Below are positions 8,911 to 19,178 of a stretch of DNA of 32,000 nucleotides, piece after piece. Within the stretch, counting starts at the first letter, position 1. Each line of letters opens with the position of its first letter. The stretch is taken from assembly GCA_000008885.1 (NCBI GenBank), contig BA000021.3, positions 150,001 to 182,000 on the forward strand, in the 5' to 3' direction. The stretch is from Wigglesworthia glossinidia endosymbiont of Glossina brevipalpis. Lineage in GTDB: Bacteria; Pseudomonadota; Gammaproteobacteria; Enterobacterales; Enterobacteriaceae. The position numbers were made by a program, and so were the translations under genes. The notes beneath the pieces are model-generated. The model saw only the letters and a program-made list of their open reading frames with translations. It made no database searches and was not told the origin of the DNA.

Positions 8911-9223
8911 GAAATTTACACTTTAATATAAAATAGATTTTTATATTATCTTGTATAACTTACATAATCAAAAGAAAATATATCAATTATTTTATTTGTA
9001 TTAAGTTTAATTCAAATTAAAAAAATTATATAAACAATAAATTTTAAAATATATTAACATTGTAAATTAAAAAATTATTATTAATAAATAATATTTTATA
9101 TTTTAATAAATATATATAAATAAAATTAATTATATTAAATTATATACTTTTAAAAATAAATTTACATTAAAATAAATAATTTTTAAAAAAAATTTAAAAT
9201 AAATAAAACAGGAATATAGTTTT

Positions 9224-10663
9224 ATGCATAGAATAATAAGAAGAACAAAAATAGTTGCTACATTAGGACCATCAACAGATTTAAATAATAATTTAGAAAA
9301 AATGATATTAGCTGGAGCTAATATGGTTCGTATGAATTTTTCTCATGGAAATTTTTACGATCATGCAAGAAGAACAAAACAAGTGAGAAACATTTCTCAT
9401 AAACTAGGTAAAAATATTGCTATTTTAGGAGATTTACAAGGACCAAAAATAAGAATATCTACTTTTATGACAGGCAAAGTATTTTTATCACCAGGAGATC
9501 AATTCATACTAGATGCATCATTAAGCAAGGATCTTGGAACAGTTGAAAGTGTTGGAATTGATTATAAATATCTTCCAAAAGATGTATTTCCAGGAGATGT
9601 TTTATTATTAGATGACGGAAGGATACAGCTAAAAGTCAAAAAAATTGTAAATAAAAAAATTTTTACAACTGTATATATAGGAGGATATTTATATAATAAT
9701 AAAGGTATTAATAAATTAGGAGGAGGTTTATCGGCTAATTCTTTGACAGAAAAAGACAAAAAAGATATTATTTGCGCAGCTAAAATAGGAATAGATTATT
9801 TAGCTGTTTCTTTTCCTAGAACAGGAAAAGACTTAAAATATGCAAGAAATTTATTAAATAATGTAGAAAGTCATGCAAAAATTATTTCAAAAATAGAAAG
9901 AGCAGAAGCGGTAGCAAATAATGATATTATAGATGAAATAATAACAGAATCAGATGCTATTATGGTAGCTAGAGGAGATTTGGGAATAGAAATTGGAGAT
10001 CCAGAATTAGTAGGAGTGCAAAAAAAATTAATACAAAGAGCTAGAGATTTAAATCGTGCGGTAATTACTGCAACTCAAATGATGGAATCCATGGTTTATA
10101 ACCCTATGCCAACCAGAGCAGAAGTTATGGATGTTGCTAATGCAGTATTGGATGGCACAGATGCAGTTATGTTATCAGCAGAAACAGCTATTGGAAAATA
10201 TCCAGTAGAAACTGTAGAATCTATGTCTAATGTATGCATAGGAGCTGAAAAAATTTCTAATATTAATTCTTTGAAGAATAGATTAAACATTAAATTTAAA
10301 ACCGTAGAAGAATCAATGGCGGTATCTGCAATGTATATTGCAAATCATTTAAATATGATAAAAGCTATAATTTCTCTTACAGAATCTGGTAAAACTCCAT
10401 TAATTATGTCTCGTATAAGTTCTGGATTACCAATTTTTGCTCTTTCAAAACATGAACATACTTTAAATTTAACAGCTTTATATAGAGGGGTTACTCCTGT
10501 TTATTTTAAAAATAATGAAAAAGGAATTTCAGCTGCTGATTCTGCTATTAATTTGCTTAAAGAAAAAAAATTTTTATTCTCTGGAGATTTTGTAGTAATT
10601 ACTCAAGGAGATGTCATGGGGACTATTGGAAAAACAAATACCAGCCGTATATTAATTGTATAA
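9224..10663 (+). CDS. pykA: Pyruvate kinase II (AMP-activated type), 479 aa
   Basis: The sequence is collinear with E. coli PykA from start to end: [92 protein letters not shown] and SRILIV. AGGA lies upstream of the ATG. Confidence 0.96.
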   Translation: MHRIIRRTKIVATLGPSTDLNNNLEKMILAGANMVRMNFSHGNFYDHARRTKQVRNISHKLGKNIAILGDLQGPKIRISTFMTGKVFLSPGDQFILDASLSKDLGTVESVGIDYKYLPKDVFPGDVLLLDDGRIQLKVKKIVNKKIFTTVYIGGYLYNNKGINKLGGGLSANSLTEKDKKDIICAAKIGIDYLAVSFPRTGKDLKYARNLLNNVESHAKIISKIERAEAVANNDIIDEIITESDAIMVARGDLGIEIGDPELVGVQKKLIQRARDLNRAVITATQMMESMVYNPMPTRAEVMDVANAVLDGTDAVMLSAETAIGKYPVETVESMSNVCIGAEKISNINSLKNRLNIKFKTVEESMAVSAMYIANHLNMIKAIISLTESGKTPLIMSRISSGLPIFALSKHEHTLNLTALYRGVTPVYFKNNEKGISAADSAINLLKEKKFLFSGDFVVITQGDVMGTIGKTNTSRILIV

Positions 10664-10671
10664 AATAAAAT

Positions 10672-13600
10672 TTATCCTATTTGTTTTCTAGCGTTTTTAA
10701 AAACCTTAATCCATGGACTATATTCACTAGAATAATTAGATATCCAAGAACAATTTACCATTCTAACATGTCTTTCTGGATGAGGCATAGATATTGTTAT
10801 TCTACCGTCAGAATTAGTAATTGCAGTAATGCCGTTTTTAGATCCATTTGGATTATATGGATATACTTCTGTAGTCATGCGATAATTATCTACATATTTT
10901 AAAACTACTAGTTTTGAGTTTTCTAATTTATTTAAGTGAAAATGTTTTTTAAATTCTACTCTTCCTAAGCTATGGGCGACAGATATTGGAATATAAGATC
11001 CTTTCATTCCTTGAAATAATAAAGATGGGCTATTCATAACTTCTACTAATACAATTCTAGATTCAAATCTATTTGATTTATTTTTTACGAATTTAGGCCA
11101 AAATTTCGATCCTGGAATTATTTCTCTTAAATATGACATCATTTGACATCCATTGCATACTCCAAATGATAAAGTATTTTTATCATTAAAAAATGATTCG
11201 AACATATCTCTTAATTTATTATTTAATAAAATTGTTTTAGCCCATCCATAACCTCCGTTCAATACGTCTCCATATGAAAAACCACCGCATGCAACTAAAA
11301 CTGAGAATTCTTTTAATATATTATTTTTACTATAACGCAAATCATTCATATGAATATCTATTGGTTGAAATCCGGCTTTGTAAAAGGCATGAGCCATCTC
11401 CAAATATGCATTTGTTCCTTGTTCTCTTAAAATTGCAACTTTTGGGTATTTTCCAGTTATAAAAAAAGGAAAAGAAGTGTCGTTTTCATAATCAAAGCTT
11501 AAACAAGTATCAAGGCCTGGATTATTAAAATCTCCTCTGACCTCATGTTCTTGGTTAGCGCTTTTTGGATCGTCTCTCAATCTTTGAATGTTCCAGGTAG
11601 TTTCTGACCACCATAAACGCAAAGTAGTTATGCTGTTTTCGTATAAAATTTTGTTTTTATAAGTTAAAGAAAACTGATCTCCTATATAAGAATATCCTAT
11701 ATTATATATATAATCATTTAAACCGAAACTTTTAAAAATGCTAAATACATTATTATAATCATTTTTTTTTATTTGTATAACTACTCCTAATTCTTCATTA
11801 AATAATATTTTTATTATATCATTTCCTAGTTTACTTAAATTTATATTTATAGAACAATGACCTGCAAAAGCCATTTCTAAAATAGTAACTAATAAACCTC
11901 CATCTGATCTATCATGATACGCAATTATTTTATTTGACTTAATTAGTTTTTGAAAAATATAAAAAAACATCTTAAATTTTTTTGTATCTCTTAAATCAGC
12001 TACATTATCTCCAATTTGTTGGTATACTTGAGATAAAGCTGTTCCACCCAATGATTGATTAAAATCTCCAAGATCAATAAAAAGAATAATATTATCTATA
12101 TCAGATTTTAATTGAGGAGTTACATTTAATCTAACGTCTTCTATCGGAGAACATGCTGTTATTATTAATGATGGAGGTGAAATAATAGAAATTTTATTTT
12201 TTTTTTCTAACCATTCTGTTTTCATAAACATAGAATCTTTTCCAACTACAATACTTAGATCCAGTTCAGGGCATGTTTTTTTGCCTAAATTTTCTACTGC
12301 TTTGTATAATTTAAAAGTATCATGATTATTGCTAGAATCAATCATCCAATTTGCTGAAAGCTTTATGTTTTTTAATGAATTAACATACATGCTTGAAATA
12401 TTAGTAATAGCTTCTCCTAAAGATAATCTAGAAGATGCGTTAAAATCTATTAATGAAGCTGGAGATCTTTCCCCTATAGATATAGCTTCTCCAAAGTAGC
12501 TATCAAAGCTTGAAGTAGTAACTGCACAATCTGATACTGGTATTTGCCAAGGTCCTACCATTTGATCTTTTACCACTGACCCAGTAATACTACGATCTCC
12601 TATAGTAATTAAAAAATTCTTATCTGATACAGACGGAAGATGTAACACTCTATTAATTGCGTCAGTTAAATTAATATTTTTTTTATTTATTGGAATTTTT
12701 TTTATATGGCAAACATTTTTAGATTTTTTTCTTATTTTTTTTATTTGAGATTTATTAAAAAAAATATTTACAGGTAAATCTACAACTTTATTTTTAAAAT
12801 AACTATCATAAATTTTCAAATTTAAAGAATTTGTAATTTTTCCTACAATATAATATTGAGCGTTTTCCCTTTTACATATAGAATTAAAAATTTTTATTTT
12901 AGATTTAGATAAAATTAAAACATAACGTTCTTGAGATTCGTTGCATAATATTTCTAATGGGCTCATTTTATTATTTCCAATTAATATTTCTCTTAAAAAT
13001 ACAACACCTCCACATTTTCCATGGTGTAATATTTCTAATATTGAATTAGATAAGCCACCTGCTCCGACATCATGTATAAATAAAATTGGATTTTCTTCTT
13101 CTAATTCGCAACATCTATTAATGACTTCTTGACATCTTCTTTGTATTTCTGGATTTCCGGACTGAATAAAAGGAGATTCTACGTTTAAATAATTTTTAAC
13201 AGAAGAAGAAGATGCTCCTCCTATTCCAACGTTCATTCCTAAATTTCCTAATACTATTATCTTATCTTCTGGATTTATATTTTTTTTATTTACATGTATT
13301 TCACTTATTGATCCAAAACCTCCAGATAGCATAATTGGTTTATGATAACCTCTTATTTCAAAACTATTTTTAGTATTAATTTTTTTTTCATATGTTCTAA
13401 AATACCCAAGTAGACTTGGTCTTCCAAATTCGTTGTTAAATGAAGATGCTCCTAAAGGAGCTTCTAAAATTATTTTTAATGCTGTGCAAATATTTTTTGG
13501 GTAACCAAAACTCTCTTCCCATGGTTGATGATATTTCGGAATAAAAAGATTAGATACAGAAAAACCAGACAATCCAACTTTTGGAATTGATCCACACCCA

Positions 13601-14562
13601 GTAGATCCTTGATCCCTTATATCCCCACCAGCTCCTGTAGAAGACCCTGAAAATGGTGATAAAGCAGTTGGATAATTATGAGTTTCTACTTTAATTAAAA
13701 TATTATTTTTTTTTTGGTAAAAATTATATTTTTTAGTATATGGATTTGAAAAAAATTTACCATAACAGTTTCCTGAAATTATAGCTGAATTATCAAAATA
13801 AGCAGATATAACATTTTTTGGAGTTTTTTTTGTAGTTTTTTTTATCATTGATAACAAAGAATATTTTTTAATTTTATTATCTATGATCCATTTTGCATTA
13901 AATATTTTATGCCTACAATGTTCAGAATTAGCTTGAGAAAATATATATAATTCTGCATCACTAGGATTTCTTTTTAGATTTTTAAATACATTGAATAAAT
14001 ATTCAATTTCTGTTTTATTTAATGATAAGTTTAAATCAATATTTGCTTTTTCTAAAGCATATTTTCCTAATTCTAATATTTTTATTTTTTTTAATTTGTT
14101 TGGTGTTTCTTCATTTTTAAAAATTTTTATCGCTTCTTTTATATCTTTGCAAATAAATTTTGAATTTTTATCATTTAATTTGTTTAAAAAATTTTTTAAT
14201 TCTTCTGAAATATTATTTTTAGAATGATAATAAAGTATTATTCCTCTTTCAATTTTATTTATATCATTTAATCCACAATTTTTTATAATACTTATTATTT
14301 TTGTAGACCAAGATGATAAAGTTCCAAGCCTAGGTATTATTATAAAATAACTTATTTCTTTATTTGGTAAAACAAAGTTTCTAGATTTTAGGAGTTTATT
14401 AATTTTGACAAACGTATTTTTAAAAAAATTTTTTTTATGAGATATAAAATATATATATTCGCAATTTATAAAATTTAAATAAATTTTTAATTTTTTAAAA
14501 CTAATTATTATTTTTTCTAAATAAAGAACAGAATTTGTTTTTTTTCCTGTTAATATTTTCAT
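10672..14562 (-). CDS. purL: Phosphoribosylformylglycinamidine synthase (single-chain large PurL), 1296 aa
   Basis: The length is essentially that of E. coli PurL (1295 aa). Seen are SEHCRHKIFNA, VETHNYPTALSPFSGSSTGAGGDIRD, and the C-terminal glutaminase domain with the GVCNGCQMM nucleophile Cys and the PHPER motif. Confidence 0.96.
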   Translation of the reverse strand: MKILTGKKTNSVLYLEKIIISFKKLKIYLNFINCEYIYFISHKKNFFKNTFVKINKLLKSRNFVLPNKEISYFIIIPRLGTLSSWSTKIISIIKNCGLNDINKIERGIILYYHSKNNISEELKNFLNKLNDKNSKFICKDIKEAIKIFKNEETPNKLKKIKILELGKYALEKANIDLNLSLNKTEIEYLFNVFKNLKRNPSDAELYIFSQANSEHCRHKIFNAKWIIDNKIKKYSLLSMIKKTTKKTPKNVISAYFDNSAIISGNCYGKFFSNPYTKKYNFYQKKNNILIKVETHNYPTALSPFSGSSTGAGGDIRDQGSTGCGSIPKVGLSGFSVSNLFIPKYHQPWEESFGYPKNICTALKIILEAPLGASSFNNEFGRPSLLGYFRTYEKKINTKNSFEIRGYHKPIMLSGGFGSISEIHVNKKNINPEDKIIVLGNLGMNVGIGGASSSSVKNYLNVESPFIQSGNPEIQRRCQEVINRCCELEEENPILFIHDVGAGGLSNSILEILHHGKCGGVVFLREILIGNNKMSPLEILCNESQERYVLILSKSKIKIFNSICKRENAQYYIVGKITNSLNLKIYDSYFKNKVVDLPVNIFFNKSQIKKIRKKSKNVCHIKKIPINKKNINLTDAINRVLHLPSVSDKNFLITIGDRSITGSVVKDQMVGPWQIPVSDCAVTTSSFDSYFGEAISIGERSPASLIDFNASSRLSLGEAITNISSMYVNSLKNIKLSANWMIDSSNNHDTFKLYKAVENLGKKTCPELDLSIVVGKDSMFMKTEWLEKKNKISIISPPSLIITACSPIEDVRLNVTPQLKSDIDNIILFIDLGDFNQSLGGTALSQVYQQIGDNVADLRDTKKFKMFFYIFQKLIKSNKIIAYHDRSDGGLLVTILEMAFAGHCSININLSKLGNDIIKILFNEELGVVIQIKKNDYNNVFSIFKSFGLNDYIYNIGYSYIGDQFSLTYKNKILYENSITTLRLWWSETTWNIQRLRDDPKSANQEHEVRGDFNNPGLDTCLSFDYENDTSFPFFITGKYPKVAILREQGTNAYLEMAHAFYKAGFQPIDIHMNDLRYSKNNILKEFSVLVACGGFSYGDVLNGGYGWAKTILLNNKLRDMFESFFNDKNTLSFGVCNGCQMMSYLREIIPGSKFWPKFVKNKSNRFESRIVLVEVMNSPSLLFQGMKGSYIPISVAHSLGRVEFKKHFHLNKLENSKLVVLKYVDNYRMTTEVYPYNPNGSKNGITAITNSDGRITISMPHPERHVRMVNCSWISNYSSEYSPWIKVFKNARKQIG

Positions 14563-14617
14563 TGTTTTAAAATTTCCTAAAATTTTTTATAAAATATAAA
14601 AAATATTAATTTTTATA

Positions 14618-15073
14618 TTAAAAACACAAAAACTTATTTTTATTTTTTTTTCTAATTTTAGAAAAGAACTTATTTATTATTTTTTTACAATTTTCTTCTA
14701 AAATTCCTTCTGTTAATGAAATTTTATGATTTAAATTACAATTATTTAATAAATCTTTAGTAAAAAAATTTATTTTTTTTGTTTTTCTAGCGCCAAAAAT
14801 TAAACGACTAACTCTTGCATTAATAATTGCTCCAATGCACATAATACAAGGTTCTATAGTAGTATATATTTCTGTATTAAGTAATCTGTAATTATTTATA
14901 TTTTTTCCGGCGCTTCTTAAAGCTAATATTTCCGCATGTGCACTAGGATCATTTTTTTTTATGGATTGATTCCATCCTTCTCCTATTATATTATCTTTTA
15001 GTATGACTACAGATCCTATTGGAATTTCTCCAAATTTTTTTGCTTTATTTGCTAAATATAATGCATGATACAT
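14618..15073 (-). CDS. tadA: tRNA-specific adenosine deaminase (A34 to I34), 151 aa
   Basis: The CDA-fold zinc motifs HAEILALR and EPCIMCIGAI are present. The N-terminus W-MYHALYLA aligns to E. coli TadA WMRHALTLA. The gene lies upstream of purL as in E. coli (tadA-mltF-purL neighbourhood). Confidence 0.9.
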   Translation of the reverse strand: MYHALYLANKAKKFGEIPIGSVVILKDNIIGEGWNQSIKKNDPSAHAEILALRSAGKNINNYRLLNTEIYTTIEPCIMCIGAIINARVSRLIFGARKTKKINFFTKDLLNNCNLNHKISLTEGILEENCKKIINKFFSKIRKKNKNKFLCF

Positions 15074-15126
15074 CCATATTATATCTTTCAGATAAAATAC
15101 CTTTTATAATTTTTTATTAAAAACTC

Positions 15127-15516
15127 TTATCTTTTAGAAAACTGAGGACGACGTCTAGCTTTTTTAAATCCAACTTTTTTTCTTTCTACACATCTTGAAT
15201 CTCTAGTAATAAAACCTGAATCTCTAAGAGTTGTTTTTAAACTTGAATCATATTTTATTAAAGCTCTTGCTATCCCATGTCTAATAGCTCCAGCTTGACC
15301 TGATATTCCACCGCCTTTTACTGTTATAAATATATCTAATTTATCAGTCATATTGATTATTTCTAATGGTTTTTTAATTAAAGTTATATACGTTTTTTGA
15401 TTAAAATATTTTTTTATATCAATATAATTGATTTTTATTTTTCCTTTTCCAATTTTTATAAAAACACGAGCAGAAGCTGTTTTTCTTCTTCCAGTGCTGT
15501 AATATTGTTCGTTCAT
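15127..15516 (-). CDS. rpsI: 30S ribosomal protein S9, 129 aa
   Basis: Seen are [34 protein letters not shown] and the C-terminal [10 protein letters not shown]. The gene is immediately downstream of rplM. Confidence 0.97.
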
Positions 15517-15537
15517 AAATATTATTACCAGAATTGA

Positions 15538-15966
15538 TCATGTTAAAAGTTTTTTTGGTTTTTGAGCTTCATGGTTATGACTTTCTCCAGAAAAAATTTT
15601 TAATTTTTTTATCATAACTCTTCCTAAACTTCCTTTTGGAAGCATACCTTTTACAGATTTATATATCACTAGTTCTGAATTATTTTTTATCATATTTTCT
15701 AAGCTTATTTTTTTTATTCCTCCGCTATACCCTGTGTGATGATAATAAAATTTATTTTTTAATTTTTTCCCAGTGATTTTTATTTTTTTAGAATTAATTA
15801 CTATAACATAATTTCCAGAATCAACATGAGGAGTATATGTTATATCGTTCTTTCCTTTTAAGATACTTGCTAATTTTGTAGAGAATCTTCCTAAAATTTT
15901 ATTTTTTGCATCAAAAATATGCCAATTTTGTCTTGCAATATTTTTTTTTAGCATAAAAGTTTTCAT
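15538..15966 (-). CDS. rplM: 50S ribosomal protein L13, 142 aa
   Basis: Seen are W-IFDAKNKILGR, TPHVDSGNYVIVIN and YYHHTGYSGG. The length equals E. coli L13. Confidence 0.97.
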   Translation of the reverse strand: MKTFMLKKNIARQNWHIFDAKNKILGRFSTKLASILKGKNDITYTPHVDSGNYVIVINSKKIKITGKKLKNKFYYHHTGYSGGIKKISLENMIKNNSELVIYKSVKGMLPKGSLGRVMIKKLKIFSGESHNHEAQKPKKLLT

Positions 15967-16052
15967 ATTTTATATTTTTAATTTAAAATTAATTTATATT
16001 ATTTTTATATCTAAAATTATAAATAAATTTTTTATTAAAGTCGAATTATTTC

Positions 16053-17159
16053 TTAACTTAAATTGGAAGATAAAAAATATTTTTTGCTTTGCATTTCATG
16101 AAGTCTAGAAATACATCTTTTGTATTCAAATTTTAATAATTTTCCAACATATATATTTGATATAACAACAGATGAAAGAACAACTAGTTTTACTTTATTA
16201 TCATATAAAGAGTCTACTAAAAATAAAAATCTTTTTCCTACATCTTCTTGATATTCATTTATTTGAGATACATTATATATGAAAATAATATTAAATTTTT
16301 TAGATAAAATAAAATAATCACTTTGATCAAGAGGTTTTATGCATAGATCTTTGAAATCAAAAACAGGTATTTTTTTATTTACTATTCTTAAAGATTTTAT
16401 TAATCTATTATTAATTAAAATATTATAGTTCTTCTTTACATATTTTTTAATTCCTAAAAGTTTTAAAAAAATTTTTTTTGTTTTAAAAGAAATAGGACTT
16501 ATCCAAATTTTCAAAAAAGTAGAATTTTTTAATCTATAATCTATTCCTGAATCTAAATTAAAAATAGTATAATTTTTATTAATTAATTTTATAGTAGAAA
16601 TAAATCGAGATCTTTGTAGTCCATTTTTATATAAATCATTAGGAGGAATATTTGATGTAATTATTAATATAATTTTAAATTTTAAAAAGTATTTTATAAT
16701 TCTGCTAAAAAGCATTGCATTTGCTATATCATGAATAAAAAATTCGTCAAAACATATTATATCCAATTTTTTTTTTATATTATTAGAAATAATTTTTAAA
16801 GGATTTGGATTACCGCTTAAATTATTCATTTTTCTATGAATATCAATCATAAAATGATGAAAATGAAATCTCATTTTTCTTTTAGTAGGTAAATTTTGAT
16901 AAAATAAATCCATAATCCAAGTTTTTCCTCTTCCCACTCCTCCCCATATATATAAATTATATTTGTTTAATTCAAAAAAATTTTTTTTATTAAAAGTTTT
17001 ATTTAAAAATCTAATAAATATGTTTTTCAAAAGATATTTATCGTGCAAAAAAACTTTATATGTATTATCTAAACATTTAATTAAATTTATTTGCGCATCA
17101 TCATGATTATATTTTTTTTCAATTATTTTATTTTTATATATGTTCAATAAAGAATTCAT
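16053..17159 (-). CDS. zapE: AFG1-family ATPase ZapE (YhcM), 368 aa
   Basis: The Walker A motif WGGVGRGKTWIMDLF and the Walker B-like ICFDEFFIHDIANAM are present. Position is conserved next to rplM-rpsI and yhcB-degQ, as in E. coli. Confidence 0.9.
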   Translation of the reverse strand: MNSLLNIYKNKIIEKKYNHDDAQINLIKCLDNTYKVFLHDKYLLKNIFIRFLNKTFNKKNFFELNKYNLYIWGGVGRGKTWIMDLFYQNLPTKRKMRFHFHHFMIDIHRKMNNLSGNPNPLKIISNNIKKKLDIICFDEFFIHDIANAMLFSRIIKYFLKFKIILIITSNIPPNDLYKNGLQRSRFISTIKLINKNYTIFNLDSGIDYRLKNSTFLKIWISPISFKTKKIFLKLLGIKKYVKKNYNILINNRLIKSLRIVNKKIPVFDFKDLCIKPLDQSDYFILSKKFNIIFIYNVSQINEYQEDVGKRFLFLVDSLYDNKVKLVVLSSVVISNIYVGKLLKFEYKRCISRLHEMQSKKYFLSSNLS

Positions 17160-17312
17160 ATTAATAATTTTCTGTATTTAATTTAAATAAAAATTTTTAT
17201 ATAAAATTGAATTGATAAATTACTATATAAATAGGATATTATATTATTTTAAAAAAATATTTAATAAATACAACTTATTTTTTATCATTAATAATATTAA
17301 GGAACAAAAGAT

Positions 17313-17684
17313 ATGTTACAATATGTTTTTATTGGATTTATATTAGGATTAATTATTGGATTAATTATTATGAGATATGGAAATAAAACGATAAGAAATC
17401 AAAATAAAATAAAAAAAAACCTAGAAGAAAGTAAAGAAGAATTTATAGAATATAAAAAAGAAATAAAAGATCATCTATTTAAAAGTATGGAATTATTAGA
17501 AAAGCTAACTTCTGATTATCATAATTTATATAATCATATATATAAAGGTTACAAATTTTTTATATATAAAAAAAGCAAAAAAAATTATATTAAAAATGAA
17601 AATGAATTTTTTTTCGAAAAAACTCAACCAAGAGATTATCCAATAAAAAATGATAAAATTATATTAAATAAAATAAAAAAATAA
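17313..17684 (+). CDS. zapG: Inner-membrane DUF1043 protein YhcB/ZapG, 123 aa
   Basis: An N-terminal TM helix is followed by a coiled-coil region. The sequence aligns to E. coli YhcB (IGLVVGIIIGAVAMRFGN, DYRQLYQHM, PRDY) via IGFILGLIIGLIIMRYGN, DYHNLYNHI and PRDY. AAGGA precedes the ATG. Synteny zapE-yhcB-degQ is conserved. Confidence 0.88.
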   Translation: MLQYVFIGFILGLIIGLIIMRYGNKTIRNQNKIKKNLEESKEEFIEYKKEIKDHLFKSMELLEKLTSDYHNLYNHIYKGYKFFIYKKSKKNYIKNENEFFFEKTQPRDYPIKNDKIILNKIKK

Positions 17685-17775
17685 TTTAAAAAATTTTGAT
17701 AAATTATATTCCATAATAAATATTTTCAATATAAATTAAAGTATTTTAATTTTATAAAAATAAAATAAGAAAAAA

Positions 17776-19149
17776 ATGAAAAAAATTTTTTTATTTAAAA
17801 TATTAATAATATTAATATTGACTTTAAACTTTATTTTTAACAAAGACGCAAAAGCATTTTTTTATGGAGAAAACAAAGAGCAAATAATGCCAAGTTTGGC
17901 TCCTATGTTAACTAAAGTTCTTCCTGCAGTAGTGAGCGTTCATGTTGAAGGTAGTCAGCCAATCAAAAGATTTGTTTTACCAAAAGAGTTTAAATATTTT
18001 TTTGGGCCAGACCTACCATTTGGTAGTAATGGAATAAAACCATTTGAAGGATTAGGGTCTGGAGTAATAATAGATGCTATAAATGGATATGTCATTACAA
18101 ACAATCATGTTATAAATGGAGCTGATAAAATAAAAATTCAATTAAATGATAATAGAGAATTTGTTGCAAAATTAATTGGAAAGGATGATCAAACAGATTT
18201 AGCTTTATTGCAAATTCCTATCAACAAAAATCTAATAGCAATTCAAATTGCTGATTCAGATAATTTAAAAGTAGGAGATTTTGCAATTGCAATAGGTAAT
18301 CCATTTGGATTAGGACAGACTGTAACTTCTGGAATAGTATCTGCCTTAGGCAGAAGTGGATTAAATCTAGAAGGTTTAGAAAATTTTATACAAACAGATG
18401 CTTCTATAAATAGAGGAAATTCAGGAGGAGCTTTAGTTAATTTAAATGGAGAATTAATAGGAATTAATACTGCTATTTTAGCTCCTGGAGGAGGAAACAT
18501 TGGAATTGGATTTGCCATTCCAAGCAATATAGTAAAAAATTTATGTCAACAAATAATAGAACATGGAAAAGTAAAAAGAGGACAACTAGGAATAAAAGGA
18601 ACAGAGCTTACATATGATATAGCTAAAGCATTTAATATAGATGCACAAAGGGGTGCTTTTGTAAGTGAAGTTATACCAAATTCTGCAGCTTCCAAAGCTG
18701 GAATGAAAGCTGGAGATATAATTTTATCAGTAAATGGAAAATCTATAAAAAGTTTTGCAGAATTAAGAGTAAAAGTTGGAATTACTGCTCCTGGCAAAAC
18801 AATTTCTCTTGGCATATTGAGAAATGGAAAACCAAAAAATATATCTGTAACATTGGATGATAAATCTAATATTTATACGTTAGAAGATATATCAATACCT
18901 TCATTGCAGGGAGTATCATTATCTAATGGATCATTAAAAGATGGGACTTTAGGTGTAAAAGTAGAAGATGTAATAAAAGATTCTCCTGCTTATGTTATAG
19001 GTTTGAAAAAAAACGATATAATTATAGGAATTAACAGAGAAAGAGTACAAAATTTAGATCAATTAAAAAAAGCATTAAATTCTAAACCATCAGTAATAGC
19101 TTTAAATATAGTAAGAGGAGAAGCAAAAATTTTTCTTTTATTAAGATAA
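17776..19149 (+). CDS. degQ: Periplasmic HtrA-family serine endoprotease DegQ (two PDZ domains), 457 aa
   Basis: The sequence is collinear with E. coli DegQ: PSLAPMLTKVLPAVVSV, GLGSGVII, TNNHVI, DLALLQI, GNPFGLGQTVTSGIVSALGRSGLNLEGLENFIQTDASINRGNSGGALVNLNGELIGINTAI and the ending IFLLLR. An N-terminal signal peptide is present. There is no DegP-type Q-linker, and the length is DegQ-like (455 aa in E. coli). Confidence 0.94.
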   Translation: MKKIFLFKILIILILTLNFIFNKDAKAFFYGENKEQIMPSLAPMLTKVLPAVVSVHVEGSQPIKRFVLPKEFKYFFGPDLPFGSNGIKPFEGLGSGVIIDAINGYVITNNHVINGADKIKIQLNDNREFVAKLIGKDDQTDLALLQIPINKNLIAIQIADSDNLKVGDFAIAIGNPFGLGQTVTSGIVSALGRSGLNLEGLENFIQTDASINRGNSGGALVNLNGELIGINTAILAPGGGNIGIGFAIPSNIVKNLCQQIIEHGKVKRGQLGIKGTELTYDIAKAFNIDAQRGAFVSEVIPNSAASKAGMKAGDIILSVNGKSIKSFAELRVKVGITAPGKTISLGILRNGKPKNISVTLDDKSNIYTLEDISIPSLQGVSLSNGSLKDGTLGVKVEDVIKDSPAYVIGLKKNDIIIGINRERVQNLDQLKKALNSKPSVIALNIVRGEAKIFLLLR

Positions 19150-19178
19150 AATTTATATTTAAAATTAATGTTTTTATA

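Noticed and set aside
8911-9223. The longest spacer in the window (313 bp, pitA/pykA divergent). I examined it for a pseudogene remnant, sRNA, CRISPR-like repeats or an origin.
   Set aside because: It is almost pure A/T. Only short palindromes (arms of 5 bp or less, for example ATTTTAAAAT at 9041-9050) and an 8-bp inverted pair are present, which is at chance level. There is no periodic repeat-spacer structure, no GC-containing stem and no translatable remnant. It is most simply two divergent promoters plus eroded DNA.
17187-17200. AT palindromes of 14-16 bp in several spacers: ATAAAAATTTTTAT at 17187-17200, ATAAAAAATTTTTTAT at 22035-22050, AAAATTTAAATTTT at 23576-23589 and AGTTTTTAAAAACT at 7314-7327.
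   Set aside because: Arms of 7-8 bp are expected several times per few hundred bp in a two-letter alphabet. There is no shared consensus beyond A-tract/T-tract symmetry. Only the 17-bp-arm palindrome at 3679-3713 stands clear of this background.
17160-17312. Sigma-70 promoter call in the zapE/zapG divergent spacer (TTGATA, 17 nt, GATATT), and similar hexamer matches in other spacers.
   Set aside because: In DNA of about 90% AT, -10/-35-like hexamers occur everywhere, so a match has no discriminating power. I do not report promoter coordinates without transcription start site data.
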